In this document: piece by piece, positions 49,068-61,624 of the stretch | How the letters are laid out: each line of letters opens with the position of its first letter | Position numbering within the stretch: the stretch's first letter is position 1 | Source of the DNA: Anolis carolinensis | Lineage: Eukaryota | Assembly (NCBI RefSeq): GCF_035594765.1 | Contig: NC_085842.1 | Coordinates: 41,640,782 to 41,704,781 of the forward strand | Direction of reading: 5' to 3' | Length of the DNA: 64,000 bases | The notes under the pieces: model-generated | Database searches by the model: none | Seen by the model: the letters and a program-made list of their open reading frames with translations, nothing else | Told to the model about the DNA's origin: nothing | Position numbers and translations under genes: made by a program

Positions 49068-51091
49068 TCCTGCAATTTTATGTTGAAACCTTAGAATGAT
49101 CAGTTTAGTATGCCCATTATTATATTAATACCATGATGTTGATGCCTTTTCTATAACTAAAATCAATTGTCCCCCTTTGATTTAAGAGGTTTTACACTAC
49201 ACCAAAGAGCAAGGAACACAACGTTTTCAGCAAAACTGAAAAGAGATTGGTTTCCTGATGCTGTCGCCCTCTATTTAACAACAGTTACATCTATTCTCTT
49301 TCAGCTCAGGAAGTTAGCTTTATACTGCTTCTCACTGTCTCTCTCCCTCTTTCTCTGCAGAATGCACCAGTACTTTAGCCAGCAGCACAAACATCCATCT
49401 AACTCATATATCTTGAAGACTTTTCCTTAAAAAAGACACACATTATCAGTTCAGCTGTAGTGGGAGGTCATGTAATCCTATACCCTACAGAGTGTTGACA
49501 TATTCTTCTTGGTAACAACAAGTTAACTAGCAAAGGTACCCGAGGCTTAAGACCACCCAATTTTTCTCTTTCTCTTGAATCTTCTGTGCAGAAACTGCCC
49601 AATATGAGAGTAAATAACATTATTGCCTCCGTCACAAAGGAACAAAATTAATTTTGCTATTATCTCATAGTAATCAAACTGGAGGACATAGCATTAATGA
49701 CTTATGAAGGTATATCTCCAACTTACATCTGTGTCATTGATGATAATCCTCTATCAACTGCACAGTGATTAAATTCCTAACATGGACCTTTACTGGCCAA
49801 GGGAATGAAAGGAGCAGCCCTGGAATAGCATTCAGCTATATTCTGCTGAGTGGATGAAAAGCAATAGCATCATCTGGCACCTTCAGAGGTCCTTTGAGAG
49901 GTCCCTCAGGATGTCTCTTGATGGGTGTCCAGCTACAGAAATATAGCTGGATGATGCTTTGCCACAGCCAAAAGGCTGGTACATGGCCAACTTCTTTTTC
50001 TAAGGGGCTACAATATATCTTTGTATTACCTATAAGTATAGTTTCATTCATGTTCATATCAGACTCATGCAACATTACACGCAATACATCCTGATGGTTT
50101 CTTTGACTTTTAGACAAAACTAATTAGGTATTAAAATAACTTTTGATTAGTTAAAATTTGTGGCCAGGCCAATCCTTTGGCTTCAAACTATCTAGAGAAA
50201 AAATGCATATGGATTGTACATAGTTACAGGAAACCCAACCAGTTCCTTCCTGCTTGTTGTTACAAAGAAACAAACAATTACACCTAATAGTGTTATTTTA
50301 CACTGATTAAGATTTATTCTTTTACTCTCTGAAAAGCATAAAATCTGCTCTAAACATAATGGCTAAAATGTTGATGATTTTATTAACAATTATGAAATGA
50401 GCCATGATAGAGTTTGAAAAGAGGGTGACTTATATAGGTTTTCTTGAGATTAAAATATTGTAAAATTGACATAAAAATAATTACAATTTGAAAAGTGGGA
50501 TACAAAATTAAAGTTTACACAATGGTTATGCTTTTCAGACCACCCACAAACTTTCCCAATTCCATTACAACCTACACACAAATAAAACTGCCAAATACAT
50601 AATGAGAAGCTATGGGGTGTGACATCCTCATATCATCGTCCACTGAATGTCTTAACAATAAAATAATTCATAAAACTCTCGCACTACAGCATTCCTTTTT
50701 GCTCACAGCTCTGCAATTCAGAAGCAACTCTGATTTTAAGACAACCACTTATTATATCTAAATTATTATCTGTCCTCACCATGGCAGTACCTTCCTGCCA
50801 TGGTGGGTTGAGTACTCATGTGAGGCAAGAGGCTATATGGATAGTAGTAGTGTCCCTTGTAAGACAGGCTTTTGCTGAACAGGTAAAAACTCATGGGAAG
50901 TGGCACTGGAGGAAAATCTCTCAAAATCAATGGCACTGGCACCATGGCTAACACTTGTTAGTATTGTACAAAAGAGATGCCAGTAAAGACTTTTGAATTT
51001 CTTTTACCACATACACAAATCTATGATGAGACTATTCAAAATTAAACAAATTAGTACTGGAAGATGACCCTCTCATGTAAGAAATCACTCA

Positions 51092-51240
51092 GGCTTGATC
51101 TAGACTGCCCTATATTCCAGAATCTGCTCCCAGATTATCTGCTTTGAACTGGATTATATAAATCTACACTGCCGGATAATCTGAGATAAGAAGATAATCT
51201 GGGATTGAATCCTGGAATATAGGGAAGTGTAGATCCAGCC
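51092..51240. mobile_element. PIF/Harbinger-type MITE
   Basis: GGCTTGATCTAGACTGCC / GTGTAGATCCAGCC ends; TSD tca. Confidence 0.82.
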
Positions 51241-51319
51241 TCAGTGAGCTTCTGGGGCTGAGCTGATTACAACTATGAGTAACACTGTGGCTAAGGATAC
51301 TACTGGGCTTAAGCTGAAA

Positions 51320-52320
51320 AGACATTCACCGTCCCCATTCTCAGAGGTGAAAGAAAAGTCTGAAGATGCAGAACACATATTATAGGAACATGGAATGTGA
51401 GACACATGATACTGAAAGAGCTAGACATAATAAAGAAAGAAATTGAATGCATAAGCATTGCAATACTTGAGATGAAAGAGTTTAAGTGGACAGAAAATTG
51501 ACATTTTGCGTCAGAGAATTACACAATATTTTTCTCAGGATATGAAAACCTCAGAAAGAATGGGTAGCATTAATAGTGAGGGAAAATGTAGAAAAACCAG
51601 GGGAAAACCACAACCATGATAAATGTTTATCCTTCAACAACAATAGGGGCAGAAATTAAAATTGAAAGATTTTATGCTGGAGTCCAGGAGGACAATGATC
51701 AGAGACCAAATAGGACTTCTTAACTCGGTCCGGACTAAGGTTTACGTGCAAGGTTTATGTGGACGAATGGATTAAGTATTTTATTATACTGTTTTAAATG
51801 TATTTATTGGATTGTTTTAAATTGATTGTTTTAATTGCTATGTTTTATTTTTCTACTGTATTGTGAGCCGCCCTGAGTCCCTTCGGGTGAGAAGGGTGGC
51901 ATATAAATGATGGAAAATAATAAATAAATAAATAAATAATTCTTATTAATCAAAGGCAATAGGAATGGACAAGGAGAAAACAGAGGAAAACCAAAGGTTT
52001 TAGAAAAATTTGGATCATGAATTGAAGCGGGGAAGTGACACATTCAATTTTGTGATGCTGACCTTTTGTTCAACAAAAGTACACTCTTCAAGCAACCAAG
52101 GACTTAACACATGGACATCACCTGATGGCCAATACAGAAATCCAATAAACTTCATAACTTGAAGGAGAAGATGAAGATGCTCCAATCTCTCAGCAAAAAC
52201 AAGATCAAGAGGAGACTGTGGCACATATCATGAACTGCTGATATAAAAATTGAAGTAAAGCTAAAGAAGAACCTTTAACTAACTAGTATGACAAAATACA
52301 ACCTAAAGAGTAAGATAATG
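51320..52320 (+). mobile_element. Old RTE LINE, AP-endonuclease region (degraded), interrupted by an L2-type tail
   Basis: ATAGGAACATGGAATGTGAGA (IGTWNVR) and ACATGGACATCACCTGATGGCCAATACAGAAAT (TWTSPDGQYRN) motifs of RTE APE. Confidence 0.7.
51745..51940 (+). mobile_element. L2 LINE 3' end
   Basis: TGTGAGCCGCCCTGAGTCCCTTCGGGTGAGAAGGG...(TAAA)n. Confidence 0.8.
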
Positions 52321-52344
52321 TAAAAGACAGAACTCGGTCTTTTA

Positions 52345-52490
52345 CATTACCTTTACTGCCTCCTGCAGAATTCTGAAGTTTGTAGTTTAGGGAGGGGTCT
52401 TTAAACTGCTCATCCAAAGAAGCCTTGGGCCTCCCTAAACTACAAACCCCAGAATTCTGAAGGAGGCAGTTACAACATTTAAAGTAGATT
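52345..52490. mobile_element. Palindromic MITE remnant
   Basis: CTGCCTCC..CAGAATTCTG..GTTTGTAGTTTAGGGAGG / CCTCCCTAAACTACAAAC..CAGAATTCTGAAGGAGGCAG. Confidence 0.65.
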
Positions 52491-52597
52491 AAATTAAGTG
52501 TGCTGAGGCCCTACAGTATTACTTCTAATTTTCCTGATATATAAAACAATGCAAATTATGAAAATGAAAATCCACTAAAATATAAATATATCATTGA

Positions 52598-53100
52598 ATA
52601 CTAAAGCTAAGATTGTCCATGCCATGGTATTTCCCATTTCTCTGTTTGTGTATAATTACAATCAATAACCAGCACACACAAAAAACCCAAAACTTCAAAG
52701 TAGGAACATGACATACATTCATGTATGTATTCAAGACATACATTCAATCAACAAATTTCTATGTATGATTGTGAAAGCTGGACAATGAGAAAAGCTGATA
52801 GGAAGAAAACAAACTCCTTAGAAATGTGATGCTGGAAACATATTCTATGGATATCATGGATTGCTAAAAAGACCAATAAATCAAGCCTGAAGTCTCCCAC
52901 GAAGCCAAGATAACTAAACTGAGTGTTGTACACATATTTCATGAGAAGACATGACATATTAGGAAAATGCTTGGTTAGGTAAAAGAAGAAAACTGCATTG
53001 TAGATGGATAGACTTAATCAAGAAAGCCATGGTACCGAATCTGCAAGTCCTGAGCAGGGCTGTGGATGTCAAAGTCAACTTGATGGCAGTTGACAACAAC
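52598..53100 (+). mobile_element. RTE LINE 3' part (degraded)
   Basis: TGTGAAAGCTGGACAATGAGAAAAGCTGA (CESWT.RKA), AGATGGATAGAC, (CAA)n tail. Confidence 0.7.
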
Positions 53101-53219
53101 ACCTGATTCCTGATTGAGCTAACATACAGAAATTCTTTATTTCCATTTCTCCATTTCCCACTTTAAAGTTATGTAAAGAACTTGTGGTTATGAATTTTGT
53201 TTTCTTAATATTGATTGGT

Positions 53220-53522
53220 AACCCTACTTAAAAACCTCCAGAGGAGACTCCACCACACTTCAAGGCAGACTATTCCACTGCTAAACACTGCTAATATCAG
53301 AATGTTCTTCCTAATATTTAAGTGGAATCTCTTTTCCTGCAGATTGAATCATTTGCCCCCTGTCACTCACAAGAGCTACATCTTGCCCACTCCACAATGT
53401 GATATCCTGTCAGATATTTAAGCACAGCTAATCATGTCCCCTTTTAGCCTTCTTTTCTCCAAGCTCCCTAAGCCATTCCTCATAGGACTTGTCTTCCAAA
53501 CCTTTGATCATTTTGGATGTCC
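53220..53522 (-). mobile_element. Old CR1 fragment
   Basis: Minus-strand KMIKGLEDKSYEEWLREL. Confidence 0.75.
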
Positions 53523-53526
53523 TTAT

Positions 53527-53600
<74 letters not shown>
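53527..53600. repeat. (TTTC)n microsatellite, left half (right half 54496-54520)
   Basis: Directly visible; split by an LTR insertion. Confidence 0.92.
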
Positions 53601-53601
<1 letters not shown>

Positions 53602-54495
53602 GTGATGTCTCATGGGTCTCAGAGTTCTGATCCTAGCGCCATCATGGATAATGATGATGAAAACATGGGTTTTCTGCCGTCTCAGCAAGAGATGGATTTC
53701 TTCCAGATGCCTGTTGTTGACGAATCTACCCAGGACTTAATTAGAAGGGACCTTGAATCGGTTTCTCCCAGTGTTTCTCCCCCCTTTTCAAGAAAACATT
53801 CCTATGCGGCGAGTCGGGGCCAGAAAGAAATAACAAGGAGAAGTCTCCGATTAGCAGCCAAACAAGACGCTAATTAGCCAAGTTTCTCTTGGGAATTTGC
53901 AGGGAGGATTGCAGCTGCAGGAAGATGTGTTTCGCTTCTCTTTCCCTTGGGAAAGGAAGCTTTGGACACCTGCTTTGCAGGAAGATTGAAGCTCTTAAAA
54001 GTTACCCACACAGGGAAATCCATGTGGAGTCAACTGATCAACTTCAGGAGTAACTTCGGCTCCTTTTCTAGTGTAGACTGCGTTAAGTCTACAACCCCAG
54101 CTTCCTTGCCTTCGCCGTGCCTCGCTTTGCCTTGTCAAGTTTTCAAGAACTATCTCGTCTTGTTTCCAGCCTTGGATTTTTGTCTCAAGTATCTAGTCTT
54201 GTCTCCAGTTCTTGCCTTGGACTTACTTTGAACCTCAGAAAACATTGTTGGACGTTTCCCCACTCTACGGCTTGAAAGTAGAGTGTATTTCAGTTATGGG
54301 ATTACAACTTTGAACTCTAATATAATATAATGGACAAAATATTTCTGGACTATATTTGACCTTCTTTGAAAGGTCTATTCCTGGACTACATTTTCTAATT
54401 GTTTTTATTCTTCTATAATATTTCCTTAATAAAGATATTAGATTATATTTGGCCTCTGTGTCTGGTTCTTAGTGCTCCGCTGCCTGGGCATGACA
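53601..54495 (+). mobile_element. Solo LTR (895 bp), Gypsy-like; same family as 12760-13621
   Basis: TGTGATGTCTCATGGG...GGCATGACA; TSD ctttc; AATAAA 54428-54433; R/U5 region similar to the reverse complement of 12760-13000. Confidence 0.9.
53605..53877 (+). CDS. LTR-encoded 90-aa ORF ending RRSLRLAAKQDAN; function unknown
   Basis: ATG at LTR base 5; homologous to 13363-13617. Confidence 0.5.
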   Translation: MSHGSQSSDPSAIMDNDDENMGFLPSQQEMDFFQMPVVDESTQDLIRRDLESVSPSVSPPFSRKHSYAASRGQKEITRRSLRLAAKQDAN

Positions 54496-54902
54496 CTTTC
54501 TTTCTTTCTTTCTTTCTTTCTTCCTCTTCCTTGAGTCTAATCCTGCTTTCCGGGATGCATAATGGTACAGGATGCATAATGGTAGGCACATACACTGATC
54601 TTTTATTGATGTCAATAGCCTGGAGTAGGACTTTCTCCTGAAATCCTTCTTTTCTATCTGGGTAGATTCTGTTTACCCTCCATTTTGTGTGACGTGGATT
54701 ACTGACACCTTAATTTAAGAAAAAAGTCAAGGGGTAGCAAGAAGAGAGTGATGAACAAGCTATTGTGTAAAACCTGATCAGAATATGAATATTGGAGATA
54801 GGTGAAGTAGAAAAGGAAAAGTTACATAGAAAAAATACAAGAGTACTAAATGTAAATGTTATGATGACCTAATCCAGGAAATATAATTAGTCTTTAATCT
54901 TA

Positions 54903-55185
54903 AACCGAAAGGTCGCAGGTTCAAATCCCGGGAGCGGAGTGAGTGCCCGCTTTAGCTCCAGCTTCTGCCAACCTAGCAGTTTGAAAACATGCCAATGTGA
55001 TTAGATCAATAGGTACCGCTCTGGTGGGAAGGTAACAGCGCTCCATACAGTCATGCCGGCCACATGACCTTGGAGGTGTCTATGGACAACGCTGGCTCTT
55101 CGGCTAAAAAATGGAGATGAACACCAACCCCCAGAGTCAAACATGACTGGACTTAACGTCAGGGGAAACCTTTACCTTTTCCTTT
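54903..55185 (+). mobile_element. Sauria SINE (5' end slightly truncated)
   Basis: CCGAAAGGTCGCAGGTTCAAATCCCGGG...GTCAGGGGAAACCTTTACCTTT. Confidence 0.9.
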
Positions 55186-57928
55186 TAATCTTATAAAGAT
55201 ACTATTGGGTGACCTTGTATAGAAAAAGTTGCTTGGGAAAATTATATATCTATCTTTATAGAACAAAACTGGCAAATCCTACTGGCATGCAAGGCAGCAG
55301 GGTGGAGGGAGAAACATATTTATGGACTCATTATGTGATAATCATTTTCTTATGTTCTTTGTGGAAATGCTACAGTAAGCGTTTAAATATGTGGAAGCAT
55401 TGCCTTAAAATAATGCAATAATGAATACAGGTCAGCCAATTCTCTTCTCATATCTTTAGCAGCATTTCATTTGAAGGTTTGCAAGAAGCAATTAATCATA
55501 CTTGATTTAAACAACATGTTGTACATTTCCCCCATTTGATCTTCCACTGTTTTCTCTTAACTCCCCCAAAACATTGGTTTGAATCAGAAAAAAATGCTAG
55601 GGTAGGCCTTTCCTCACAGGCCAGAATTCCTGTTATAAAAGTGGGGGGGGGGGGGGGAGGTGGCATTAGTTGCCTCCCGGTATGCTTTTAGACCCATTTA
55701 TTTTGGGGCTTGTTAATGCCACAGCCATTTTTTCTCTATATGTTTTTTCTATTGAAGTCAATGCCAGTTCATTTCTAGTACTGCCAAGCACAAATCAGGA
55801 AATTACCCTCAAAATGAATTACAAAACATTATTTCATTTTGTAAACCTTTAGGGCATAGTAACAACAAACTTAGAGTCCCAAAATAGTTTGAAACTCAAA
55901 GACTGGCACAGAAAATCTGTCTTAGTTGAGAAAACAAGAGAGACGAGGATAACTGTGGTCTTAGTTGTTAATGTGATTCCTGAATTACAGAGTCTAATTC
56001 TACACCAAAATTACAATGGTAGCCCAAAGTTATGTACAACCCATTTTAAACATGAAAGCATAAACACTTATGTTTTGAGAAGCAACATGACCTGATTTAA
56101 AAAGTATGCATAAATGTAGTTTTTTTATTGTTTATGTATGAGTTCTTTTTGGATCTGCTGGCTTGGTTTTTTTAAAAAAAAAAAATCCTGTAATTAGAGT
56201 GGTCAATTGAAATTCCTACACCTCCAGCACACTTGGTACTTATTTTGTGAAAAGTCACCAGCATAGTAATAGACATATAATTAGATAGCTGCCTTCTGAC
56301 TAATATTATATTGTAATATAATATAATACACACATATAACAACACACTTTTTTGTAACCAGTGGCAGGAAGGGTCAAGAAAAACAGCTTTCCTTCCTTTT
56401 CATTTTAAATTCTAATTAGATTTGGGCATGGGAAAGAATTGGAAAATTACATTCAAAGATAATGAATGCAAGGACCTGCTGAAGCCATCCATAACTGAGC
56501 AGTGGTAGCACAAATGGTCTGGATTTCAAAGCATCATTGTACCACTATTCAATTACGCACAGCTTTGGAATATTATTATATTAATTCTTTTTTAAAGTAA
56601 TTGTTCAAAGTCTGCAGAGGTGGTGGCAAATGGGTTCTGAGAAATGTTTCTGAAATGTTGGGGAACTCCTTTCCCCAACCATTTAAGAATTACACAAGTG
56701 GAATCCAAGAGATACCTATCAGCACCTCTTCTGTGTTTGCCTATTTTACCCAATTTACTGTTTCCATCAATGTCTTATGGGCTGAGTTATGGAGGTCTAT
56801 CCATGAACTTTCAGAATTTGGACAGCTGATAGCTCCTATGTAAGTGGGACGGTAACTCTGTCTGCATTTATTCTGACCTTAAGAGCAATAAAAAAATTGC
56901 CGGGCCTAGTTTTGAAGAATATCCAGCATGCTGGATAAATTTTTAAAAGGTTGAGCCAAAACCTGGGCCAGAGTCATTGACCTATTGATTTAAGAGCCCC
57001 CAGTCACTGCTGGATTTAGAGCATGAACCAATTGTTTCATTCTGAATTATGATTGAGTCATTCATCTTTCTAATAGTAGGCACAGAGTGCCTCAGGGGAG
57101 TATGGGGTTTTCTTTTCTGGCTGGCATACACAGGATGGCTATTTCTCAGATATGCAAAGAGTTCTTGGAGGACTTTTGAGACTAAGTGAGAGAGACATTG
57201 CTGCTTACAGATCTTTGCTACTGAACAGTGGCAGTGGCAGTAGTAGTGGCAGGAGCAGAGTCCAGACTATTCAGCTAGGCTGAACCTCTCCAAGTCATGT
57301 GGGCACCTTTAACATTGGTAGAGGAGTGTAACAATGGCCAGGAGCCCTCCAGAGCTCCATGGCCAACACTGTGATGATAAAAATGTCAAAGGAGTGCAGG
57401 AAAGCAGGATGGTGGTACTGGCCCATGTAAACATGTGGCTAGTTCCAAGTCAAATCCAACCCAGCTGTCCACACACACACCAAAGTCTATGGCTGCTCCA
57501 TAACTTCAGTGAAGCTTCAAAGCACTCATTGACTTTCCTTGACACTCAACATATCTCAGATATGTTGTTGTTGCATCACCATGTCACAAGGAATGGGAAT
57601 GTCCATCAAGTTACTTCTATCTCTGTTTTTATTTTTTAAGTCTACCATGTGTATTTCATCAGTCATTCTGGGACAAAGCTGGCTTTAGCTTTCTGAGCCT
57701 GAATCTGAGACACCACTTTATCAGTGTGCATGTGAAGTGTTCTAATTCAAGCCAAATGAAACTGGATCAACCGAAAGTGTAAAACTACACAATATGTATA
57801 CATGATTTGGAACAGATTTTTTCTCATTCAATGACCCACATTCATTGATGGTGTATTCTTTAATTCTACAGGTAATATGGATTCCAAAGGATTCCAAACA
57901 TTCCAAAGTTATTGCTCTTCAACAAAAG

Positions 57929-58760
57929 AGATGGGCCGAAACTAACAAAATGAAGTTCAACAGGGACAAATGCAAGATACTTCACTTTGGCAGAAAAAAA
58001 TGAAATGCAAAGAAACAGAATGGGGGACGCCTGGCTTGACAGCAGTATGTGTGAAAAAGATCTTGGAGTCCTTGTGGACAACAAGTTAAACATTAGCCAA
58101 CAATGTGATGCGGCTGCTAAAAAAGCCGATGGGATTCTGGCCTGCATAAATAGGGGTATACCTAGATCCAGGGAAGTCATGCATCTAGATCCAGGGAAGT
58201 CATGCTACCCCTCTATTCTGCCTTGGTCAGGCCACACCTGGAATACTGTGTCCAATTCTGGGCACCACAATTGAGGGGAGATGTTGAGAAGCTGGAAAGC
58301 GTCCAGAGGAGGGCAAGTAAAATGATCAAGGGTCTAGAGAACAAGCCCTATGAGGAGCGGCTTAAAGAATTGGTCATGTTTAGCCTGCAAAAGAGAAGGC
58401 TGAGAGGAAACATGATAGCCATGTACAAATACATGGAGGGAAGTCATAGGGAGGAGGGAGCAAGCTTGTTTTCTGCTGCCCTGCAGACTAGGACGCGGAA
58501 CAATGGCTTCAAACTACAGGAAAGGAGATTCCACCTGAACATCAGGAAGAACTTCCTCACTGTGAGAGCTGTTCGGCAGTGGAACTCTCTGCCCAGGACT
58601 GTGGTGGAGGCTCCTTCTTTGGAGACTTTTAAGCAGAGGCTGGATGGCCATCTGTTGAGGGTGCTTTGAATGCAATTTCCTGCTTCTTGGCAAGGGGTTG
58701 GACTGGATGGCCCATGAGGTCTCTTCCAACTCTACTATTTTATGATTTTATGATTCTATG
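57929..58760 (+). mobile_element. Young CR1 LINE 3' fragment
   Basis: ORFs 57987-58274 and 58202-58669 (EKDLGVLVD..., [13 protein letters not shown]); 21-bp tandem duplication at 58162-58182/58185-58205; ATTCTATG tail. Confidence 0.95.
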
Positions 58761-60323
58761 AAATAAATATTGAGCTCATTTGGTCAAATATTGGCTTCCA
58801 TCTTGCAACTGTAATCTGATCACTGATGGTGTTTATATTGTTGTTCCATCCCTTTCATCAGGCTTTCCACATTGATCCATTTCCATACATAAATATGCTA
58901 ATCAAACTGGAGAAATCAATTGATCCTTCTTTATAAATAATATTTTTGAGGGTGGGGTTAGGTGTTAACCTGGCCTGTATGTTGAGATGTTATCTACTAC
59001 CCTGCCCTACACTTTTCATTTTTCCATTTTCCAAATAAAAATGTTAGGAGTACAAAAGATTATAAACTGGTCATCAAAAGAGCAACGGTGGGTAGAATAA
59101 ATTATATTGTACAATTAATTCTTAATAAGAAAATTATTATAATAATTAAAATGAAAAATATACAAGGACTAATAATGGCCTGATAATGCTACATTAAAAG
59201 ATTTAAAATGTTCTGCACACAAGTCTTTTCTCTTTGTAATTATGTGGTATTTCACTGAAATAGACAACTACCAATTTTTCCAGAGAGAAAAGATAATTTC
59301 TACCACATTTAAAAAAGATGTATTGCTAATTCAGATGACCTTTATCCAGACTGCTCTTTACATATACATATTGTAATAAAATATATCCTTGCATCTACCA
59401 TTTTCTGTGTTCTATTATACTAATCCACAGAATGATTTAACATAGTCAGAGTTCTCCACAAAAACCTGTAAGAAATCAGATCTGGAGGCTTTGCATCTGT
59501 AATGGTTATCAGTTTTCAGTCTATAAAGTATGTCTGTCTGCACAGAGTTAAATACCATTGATACGTCATTTTTTCTATTAAAAAGAAGTGTGCATTAATC
59601 TATGCAGATAATAGAATGCCCAAATTGTTATTCCAGATCCAATGCCATTTATCATATCAGATGGAAGTAATCCTTTCTCCGTTACACAAAATCCTTATCT
59701 TCATATCTTGTTTAAGCAACATATGGTCAGTTTTTGCAACATGCAGTCTACTCAAAGCCATGCTTACTCAGAAATACATGTTAGGAAGTGCTGCATAGAT
59801 TGCCACCTAAGCCTTTTCAGAAAATATTTTTTACAAAAGATAAATTCTCAGCCATTCTCAGTTTGACCCATAAGAGTTCTACAAAGCTTTTTTTTTCTCT
59901 TGTCTTCAATCGGTGATTGGAGATCACTAATCTCCAGTAACCTTCAGAAGGATGAGGGAAATTAAAGCCCAGGAAAGTGAGCTATGGTTTGCTTCCTTGG
60001 ATACTACTTATACTGGGCCTTACTTATGAGCAGTCATGCCTACAATTCAGCTTCACTTTGTATGCAGTGGGAGGAGAGAATGTCCAAATCGGTAAGAAAT
60101 TGTCTGAACTCAACAAGTGCCATTAGTCATATTCCTGCATTCTCGGTTCTGGAATGTGGCCCACAAAAGCCTTCCCAAATTGGATTTGGATCTTCTATAC
60201 AGTATTGCAACATGGAATTAATCTTTCATTATCTCCCTGTTTTTTTTTTTCCGTTTACTGCTTTCCCAGGTTGAGACATCCCTACATGGTGTTCGTCAAA
60301 GTTTTCTCTTCATGTTGTGTACA

Positions 60324-61624
60324 TCTTTATATATAAAATACAGCCTGCATATGTTTGTGAAAGCAGAACTCAAAAAGTAGTTGATCGATCAACTTGAAAT
60401 TTTGACACAACATGGCATACCAATACACACAAGTTTTAATAATGAGTTTGGGGGAGGGAGAACCACAGATGATGGGATATGCAGTACTTTCAATCACTTC
60501 ACCTCCCACAGACCATTACAATATGCACCAATGACAGATCAGGACCAAACCTGGCACACAGACCCCCCCCCCCCATGCTGCACCTTACATCCTGGTGTGG
60601 TTAGGGGAGGACAGACCATGGATGATGGCATTTGCAGTACCATCACCCAAATCAAACCATTGCGACCCCCATGAATGACAGACTTGGACTATATTTGGAA
60701 CACAGACACCACATTACCCACTTCATGTCCTGGTGCTGATAGAAGGAGGATGGACCACAAATGATAGAATTTGCAGTACCTTCACTCAATTCAGCTCCAA
60801 CTTCAACAGACCACTGACACCCACACAAATGACAGATCTGGACAAAACTTGGCACACAGACTCCCCATGACCAACAGAAAATACTGGAGAAGTTTGGGGA
60901 ATATTGACCTTGATTGATGGGAGTTATAGTCCACCTGCATCCAGATAAACAGTGACCCCCACCGACAATGGACCAGGACCAAACTTGGCACAGGGAACCA
61001 CCATGACCAACTGGACATACTGCTGTTGTTTGTGGGCATTGACCTTAATTATGTGAATTGTAGTTCACCCTTATCCAGTGTGCACGAAACCCAGCTGACA
61101 ACAGATCTGGACCAAACCTGGCACACAGATCCAACATGGTCAACTACATACACGCAGGAGTTGGGGTTGATTGCCCTGGGAATCCCACTAATTCCAACTG
61201 ACATGGCATTCGAGTTCAAATGACTTCACTTTCCAATATGCCTTGCAATCGCAATGACTATTAATAAAGTGCAGGGGCAATTTTTGCAAGTGTGTGGTTT
61301 GAAATTAGAAAACAATTGCTTCTCTCATGGGCAATTATATGTCTCATGCTCCAGAGTCGGCAAACCATCTGATCTTACTGTTTATGCAGAAAAAAGATAA
61401 ACCAAAAATGTAGTCAATCTAGCTTTACAATAAAAAATGATTTCTGGTAAAATCCTCTTTTTCATTCCTCACCATTCATTCCACATAGACACAGCAAAGC
61501 ACAGCAGGGTATTGAATTGAATGATGTGTTTTCTTGGTGAATCAGTGTTCACAACAATACTTTTATTTACTTTCACATTCATTGCATATCATAGCCATAG
61601 CGAAGTGTGACCGGGTTTAGCTAG
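60324..61624 (+). mobile_element. Non-autonomous Helitron
   Basis: 5' A|TCTTTATATATAAAA; 3' degenerate hairpin GCCATAGCGAAGTGTGACCGGG then CTAG|T; no TSD; internal helicase remnant. Confidence 0.85.
61182..61433 (+). pseudogene. Helitron RepHel PIF1-like helicase C-terminus (motifs V-VI), with two in-frame stops
   Basis: Translation IPLIPTDMAFEFK*LHFPICLAIAMTINKVQGQFLQVCGLKLENNCFSHGQLYVSCSRVGKPSDLTVYAEKR*TKNVV. Confidence 0.9.

Noticed and set aside
53434-53604. N-terminal extension making a 147-aa ORF with (FFLS)n
   Set aside because: Chance read-through of antisense CR1 and the (TTTC)n microsatellite into the LTR ORF
57290-57640. Possible ancient RLE-type LINE remnant (minus-strand LMDIPIPCD)
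   Set aside because: Only one short motif; could not be extended by eye
60530-61130. CRISPR-like repeat/spacer pattern
   Set aside because: Eukaryotic context, degenerate repeats, mutually homologous spacers over 100 bp, inside a Helitron, no cas genes
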